Of a stretch of 64,000 nt of DNA, positions 57,806-64,000 are shown one piece after another. The translations under genes were made by a program, and so were the position numbers. How positions within the stretch are numbered: position 1 is the stretch's first letter; each line of letters opens with the position of its first letter. The stretch is from assembly GCF_009914755.1 (NCBI RefSeq), contig NC_060927.1; one strand, written 5' to 3'. The stretch is from the human T2T-CHM13v2.0 reference genome, Homo sapiens. The notes beneath the pieces are model-generated. The model saw only the letters and a program-made list of their open reading frames with translations. It ran no database searches and was not told the DNA's origin.

Positions 57806-58194
57806 TTTTCCAGGTACTGTCTGTCATGGCTTCCCTTTGCTAGGAAAGGGAATTCCCTGACCCCTTGCACTTCCTGGGTGAGGCCATGCCCCGCCCTGCT
57901 GTGTGGCCTGCACTCCCTGTCTGACAAGCCCCAGTGAGATGAACCCAGTACCTCAGTTTGAAATGCAGAAATCACCTGTCTTCTGTGTCACTCACGCTGG
58001 GAGCTGCAGACTGGAGCTGTTCCTATTTGGCCATCTTGGAACCTCCCCCATAGCATACTTTCAAGATTGCTATAAGGATTAAAAAAAAGCATATGTAAGA
58101 TTCATATCAAAGCACTAGCGCATATTAGAGTTACAATAAATTGTAATTGTTGCAATGGAGGCCACAGGTGTCCCATAAAAAAAAAAAAACCTAC

Positions 58195-59092
58195 CTTGCA
58201 GCTACTCTGTGTTCTCTTACTCTTCCTTCTAAATTTATTGGCTCTATGCTAATATTTTCAGGTTACCTTTTTGCTTTGTACTTTATTTTTACCCGTCTGT
58301 CCATTTGAAGAAAAATTGGGCTCCCTTTTCTGCTTGATTTTTTTTCATCAAAGCTTCATCCTCAATGCTATACATTATACCTCCCCCTGGCTCCATGATC
58401 TGCAGTTGGTGGGCCAGTACAACCCAACCCCTACATGTAGGTTAGGTTGGGTAGTCAGGAGGCATCAGTGAAGACTGTGGATAATCTAGGGTCTGAGCTA
58501 CACCCTAGCACAGTTGAAATTGTGTTCTAAATTTCATATAGAACATCAAGTTGTGATCTGCATTTGCTATTACCATGCCATTCTCTCTTATTTCAATATT
58601 TTGACATAGAATTTCAGTGTTCCAAGAATGAATGATGTCACTTTTGGGTACAAAAGAAGTCAGCTTAATTTTTTTTTTTTTTTTTTGAGACAGAGTCTGG
58701 CTCTGTTGCCCAAGCTGGAGTGCAGTGGCACAATCTCGGCTCACTGCAAGCTCCGTCTCCCTGGTTCATGCCATTCTCCTGCCCCAGCCTTCTGAGTAGC
58801 TGGGACTACAGGCACCCACTACCATGCCCAGTTAATTTTTTGTATTTTTTTTTTTTAGTAGAGACGGGGTTTCACCATATTAGCCAGGATGGTCTCGATC
58901 TCCAAAGTCAGCTTAATTTTTATTAACAACCTGCTGTGTTGATTATTTTCTGATGATATGATAGTACCTTGATGTTACTGTTAGATTCAGAGACTCTTAT
59001 ATCAGTAGCATTATGAGTCTAATTGTTTTAAAATTGTGATTTGTGGAGTCCAGAAGATCCAAAGAGACATTTCAGGGCTCATCTAAGGGAAT
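58195..59092 (-). pseudogene. Putative large fossil exon interrupted by AluY
   Basis: Strong acceptor ctttcccttacag| and donor AAG|GTAGGT. About 650 nt after removing the Alu, with several stops and a net frameshift. The last open stretch PENISIEPINLEGRVREHRVAA exits in phase 2, matching the 51046 exon. Confidence 0.45.
58674..58903 (-). mobile_element. 5'-truncated AluY
   Basis: AluY diagnostics caagctcc, ttcatgccattctcc, ttagccaggatggtctcgatctcc; TSD aagtcagcttaattttt at 58657-58673 / 58905-58921. Confidence 0.93.
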
Positions 59093-59319
59093 CTGTAAGG
59101 GAAAGCCAAGTCAGAACTCAGACTGCTTTGCTCCAACAAGAGCATTCCACTTCTATTGATTTTAAATTCACAGTGGGTTCAAGAAAAGATTTTGTGTAGA
59201 AAATAAACAAGTATTACACATTTTGAAAAACAAACAAACTTTGAAAACTCTCTATTTTACATATGAAGAACTATAATCTAGTCTATAAGCATACCCAATA
59301 TTACACTGTTTATCTTTAA

Positions 59320-61150
59320 ACTATTCATGTATTTAGCTCAGCAAATATTTACTGAATTCTACTCAGGGAAGGTGTGGTCATGCATGAGGATGATACAGAG
59401 GTAAAGTCCTGCTTTTGGAGAGGAGACAGCTTAGGGAAGCAGAGATTGCTGGCTCAATATTACTCCTCCCTTCTTCCTTTCTAGCAGAATCAACTCTGGG
59501 TTTCCTTTAGATAAGATAAAAATAAGCCTCCAACATGTTTAAGCCACTATTACTATATTTTTAATATTAGGCCAAATCTGATCCTAATGGGCACAAACAA
59601 AATGAACAGATAATTTCAAGGGTCTGATAAAGGTGAGAATAGAATTTTTAGGGAAGTTTGAGGCCCAAAGTTAACTCAGGCACTAGGATATGGAAAAGTT
59701 TTTTATAAGAGGTGGTGTCAAAATTGAATCTTTTAAAATAAGTTAGATTTAGCCAAGCAAAGAGAGTACAGTTCAATGAAAAGGAGTCACCCTCTGTAAA
59801 ATATTTGAAGGGATTTATTCTGAGCCAAATATGGGTGACCAAGGCCTGAGGCACAGTCACAAGAGGTCCTGAAAACGTGTCCTCTTGGGTTAGGTTGGGT
59901 AGTTGGGTTATAGCTTGATTTGATACAATTTAGGAAGACATACATTTCAGACAAAGACATAAATTAATACATGTAATGTTTATACTAGTTTGGTCCAGAA
60001 GGGTGGGGGCTTCCAAGTCATAGGTGGATTCAAAGATTTTCTCATTGGCAATTGGTTGAAAGAGTTAAGCTATTATCTAAAGACCTGGAATCAACAGAAA
60101 GGAGTGTCTAAGTTAAGATAGGGGATTATGGAGGCCAAGATTCTTATTATGTAGATGAAGCCTCCAGGTTCAGAAAGAATAGATGGTAAATTTTTCTTAT
60201 CAGACCTAAAACAATGCCAGATTCTTACTTAATCTCTACTGGATCAGGAAAAGATCTGGAAAGGGAATGCAATTCTCTACAGAATGTAGATTATCTCTAT
60301 GAGAGACAGCTTTGCAGAGCCATTTCAAAATATGTCAAAGAAATCTTTTTTGGGGTAAATGCTTTGATTTCTTTCAGGGCCTGTTATTTGTCCCGTGATG
60401 CTATAGGACAGTCAGGTGGAAATTTGTTATCTTATTGCTACAAAGAGTCTGTTTGATAGTCACAAGATCTCTATTTTGATGTTAAAGCTGGTCAATTGTA
60501 CCTGAATTCCAGAGAGGAGACTGTAATGAGGCATGTCTGACCCCCTGCTTCCCATCATGGCCTGAACTTGTTTTTCAGATTTACTTTGGAATCTACTTGG
60601 CTGAGAGGAGGGGTCCATTCAGTCAGTTGAAGGGCTTATAATTTTATTTTTGATTTACAATAGAAAGAGGGCATTGGGAATGAAGAACAGTGTATGCAGA
60701 ACCTAGGGGGTGGGGCATAGGGAGAAAACCCAGTACATTCTGTGAACATAAAGTATCACAGTGAAAATAGAGCAATGGGTGCCTGGATGGGGGAGGGGCA
60801 TAGCAGGAGAGGGAATTATAAAGAGTTCTGTCTGACTAGAAAGGTAGGCCACTAACAGATTTTAAGCAGAGGAGTATAATGGTAATATTTGAATTTTAGA
60901 TACATTATTATAGGTTGAAGTATTGGAAGAAGAGAAAGAAGACCAATTAGGAGACTGTTTCAATAACACTGATGAAAGTAGTAGCCAAAACAAAAAAAAA
61001 ATATTAAGAAAGGGGAGATATTTTAAGAATGTCATCATTGATCAAATTAGATGGAGAAATATGAATATGTGAGGAGGAGGGAATAATCAGGACTGTTGTC
61101 CAGGTTCCTAGGTGGATAATTCCTTTGGCTTATATCCCAGGAAGAGGAAC
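59320..61150 (-). mobile_element. L2 remnant, split by the MER4 LTR
   Basis: attcatgtatttagctcagcaaatatttactgaattctac at the 3' end; cactaacagattttaagcagaggagtataatggtaatatttgaattttaga. Confidence 0.55.
59772..60659 (-). mobile_element. MER4-group (MER4D-like) ERV1 solo LTR
   Basis: ctctgtaaaatatttgaagggatttattctgagccaaatatgggtgacc...ggtggattcaaagattttctcattggcaattggttgaaag...ttttatttttgatttaca; ~890 bp. Confidence 0.85.
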
Positions 61151-61474
61151 AAATTTGCTGTCTTCAAACATCACTAAAAGGTGGGTTGGATCTGCATAGG
61201 GAACACTTGTAAACACTAGTCATCCAAGATACGCTCCTGAGCCTGATTAGCTCATTCTTCCCATGATTTAGCTGTCTCATTTACTCTTGGTTCATCTTAT
61301 TTTATGATGACTGCCCATTGATCTTCATATGAGATGGAATGCATTGTATAACTTTCTAAATCTAAATATGCTTTATCCTTTAATATAAAACATCTCTTCA
61401 GACTTGTTCAATATGAAAGGCATATGATACAACTAAGGAAAACACACATGCTTCCATAATAATTCTGCTCTTAC

Positions 61475-61519
61475 CTGTCACTAATGATTTTTTCCTTCTT
61501 CTAGTTGAATATTGGAAAA
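61475..61519 (-). pseudogene. Putative fossil exon (45 nt)
   Basis: gtgttctttaag|...CAG|GTAAGA; phase 1 to 1, open VFQYSTRRRKKSLVT. Confidence 0.5.
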
Positions 61520-61889
61520 CTTAAAGAACACTTTGCATAATCAGAACACACTAATCTAGTTGTCCAAATCTCATGCCTGACTTATTGAGCTCAACTATTT
61601 ATACACTTTCTCTGCAATACACATTCTTTTCTATCCAAGAGTGGATGCTGGGGAAACTTGATTTAACCTTAATCATTGTAATAATATCATATTCAAGAAA
61701 GAACTTCTAGTAGAGTCTATATTGCGAAAGTGAAATAATATAAGATTACTTTGGATGTAATCAAAATGAACAATAATAAAATTAACTAACTAATAGTAGC
61801 TACAACCAAACAATTATTGTACCCACAGTTCTGGAACCAAAGGAAAGTAGGTCATCTGGTAATAAATATAAAGGGATCTTAATATGTTT

Positions 61890-63000
61890 TGCTTTTTTGT
61901 TCATTTCTTCAACAAATATGTATTAAGCATCTATTAAATTCTCATAAAGCTGACAGGGACAGATAATCACATAAGTACATTACAATTGATGCCAAGTGCT
62001 CTTCAAGAAATGTCTGATATATTGCCAGGCTAGAACAGAGAGACCTGATTTAGATTGACGAGGGGCCATGCACTAGTTAGAGTTAAAGGAATTCATTGCC
62101 GAGTATTAAATGGCTTTCAGAATGAGTAGAAAAAGCCACAGACCCTACAATGAGCTGTCATGAATGGTTCTTAAAGCCACACCACACAACTAGATAATTA
62201 AGGAAACTACTACTCCTGCCAGAATCAGAGCTGGTATTCTTGCTGCTGACCCCAGAACTACATCCCCTCTGCTGAGATCTGCACCATAAAAATGAATGGC
62301 TTAAACTCTGCTTTTCTCTCCAGTTAACTGAGTTCTGAATTCAAATCACTAATGAGAGCCTTTATTTGGTAAACATAAGTCACTTTCAGAACCTCAGCAG
62401 CACAAAAGTATGGGAGACACAGTTTAGAGCTTTTCAGTTCTTCAGTTCAGGAGGCCACAGCAAAGGAGGCTGGAAGAGGTGCTGAGCAAGAGAACGTATA
62501 ATATCTGCCACAGGTGTAAGGGAAGAGCTCTTAATGGAAGAGCTAACACTTAAGGGAGGAGAGTTGGGCCACATGAAGGGTGTGAAGAAGAGAATCACAG
62601 GGAGAGAGATCAGTGTATGTGTAGATCCTGAGGTGAGGAGTGCTTGGCCCATGGAGCCCTTGTAAGAATACCAGTGAGGCTGGAGGTCAATGAGTAAGGG
62701 ACCCGGCCCAATCCGGAACATGCAGAAACTTGTAGGCCATGCAAACAATTTAAATTTTTTTTCTAAATAATATTAAAAGCTTTTTAAGGGTTTTAAGCAG
62801 AGAATTATTATGGTTATATTAACACTGTTAAAGATAACTCTAGCTGCTCTGTATAGAATGGATTTTAGAGGGTATCCAGATTAAAGTCAGAGAAAGCTTC
62901 AGGAGGCTTCTATTGTAGACCTGGTGAGTGGTTTTGGTGGAGATGGAGTGAAATGAACTGATTCAAATAACCACACAGAGAGAGAATCAATAGGACCTGG
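61890..63000 (-). mobile_element. L2 remnant, probably with an old MLT1 piece at ~62070-62510
   Basis: ttcatttcttcaacaaatatgtattaagcatcta; ttttaagggttttaagcagagaa...aaagataactctagctgctctgtatagaatggattttagaggg. Confidence 0.6.
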
Positions 63001-63109
63001 AGGAAACAGAGAGGAAACAGAAAATGTACTGCAATTTATTATCAGTAAAAACTAATTACTATTATGTAATACCAATGCACTCCCCTCCTGCCAAAAGGAT
63101 CATTCTTAC

Positions 63110-63348
63110 CTCAATATTGTTTTAAAAAAAGGAGTAAACACAGCTCATTTATGGCTTGGCTATGGTCACAGTGAATATCATTTTTTAATCAGATGGTGTC
63201 TTGATTCTGTGTGGTCTTGTTTCTTCAGTTCACCCTTTGTTGTTTTTCTTCTGATGTGCTGTGTCTACTGTATATTCGAATAATTTATTCTACCTCATAA
63301 CCTTTGTACTCAGAAGAACAACTCAAGGCCTTCAGTTTTATTACATTA
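63110..63348 (-). pseudogene. Putative fossil exon (239 nt) with 4 in-frame stops
   Basis: Strong acceptor tctcttcttttctgcatctatag| and donor GAG|GTAAGA; phase 2 to 1: NVIKLKALSCSSEYKGYEVE*IIRIYSRHSTSEEKQQRVN*RNKTTQNQDTI*LKNDIHCDHSQAINELCLLLFLKQY*. Confidence 0.5.
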
Positions 63349-63622
63349 CTATAGATGCAGAAAAGAAGAGACAGTGATAAAAAGAAAGAATGAGAACAGC
63401 TGGGCTAAGTGTAAAAGATGGATGAAGTACTGCAGGTCATAGAGAAATCAGTGAAGGGCTGAGGGAATTTGACAGAAACAACGAAGAAGGATGGCATGCA
63501 GTATTAAAGAACCAGGGCTCCATTTTGAGAAGGAACAGCAAAGTCGCACTTAAATGAGCATGTTTCATACTCCAATGCATGATATTTCTATGCAAGACCT
63601 TGTTTGTGCATTTTTTAACTAC

Positions 63623-63678
63623 CTAATAAACATTTCTTATGCTTGCCTTCCTTTTTGTGAGGAGGTGGCATAGATCAT
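63623..63678 (-). pseudogene. Putative fossil exon (56 nt)
   Basis: ccttatttatatctcactag|...AG|GTAGTT; phase 0 to 2, matching the 63348 exon. Confidence 0.35.
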
Positions 63679-64000
63679 CTAGTGAGATATAAATAAGGAC
63701 ATAGGAAGCTGGACATTTTACACAAGAGGCCCTCTCACAGGTAAGGAAAAAGAGGTCATTAATTTTGAAATACAAAAAAGAAATGAGAACATCAAAGCAA
63801 TGCAAAGGAGTTAATAGAAGAAAAATAAAATTGTCTGACAAATTTCTGTCTTCTACCTCCTCTCTGACAATTGTTTCCTTAAAATCTTAAAATGTGCTTT
63901 CATTTCTCATCATTCTTCTGAAACTATTTTAGAAGTCCCTAGTGGCCTCTAAATTTATAAATACTAAGGCCTTTTTTATCATAATTTTCTATTCCACTTA

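Overview
Primate, human-like genomic DNA: AT-rich, CpG-depleted and dominated by interspersed repeats. It contains Alus, three large L1s, a full-length THE1 MaLR provirus, a full-length HSMAR2 mariner, MER21/MER4/MLT1 LTRs, L2 and MIR. No intact protein-coding gene, RNA gene or CRISPR array is supported, and most ORF-track entries are L1, Alu or LTR fragments. The unique DNA between the repeats holds a colinear chain of about 13 minus-strand segments bounded by canonical AG/GT splice sites, running from 63678 to a terminal exon with a poly(A) signal near 15050. Most junctions keep reading phase, but the segments carry stops and frameshifts, and three are interrupted by Alu insertions. This suggests a decayed multi-exon (unitary-type) pseudogene, tentatively FSIP2-like. 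The full-length L1PA at 51838-58049 also carries a clear 3' transduction inside a perfect 13-bp TSD. Repeat subfamily calls come from recalled consensus features, not from a database search.
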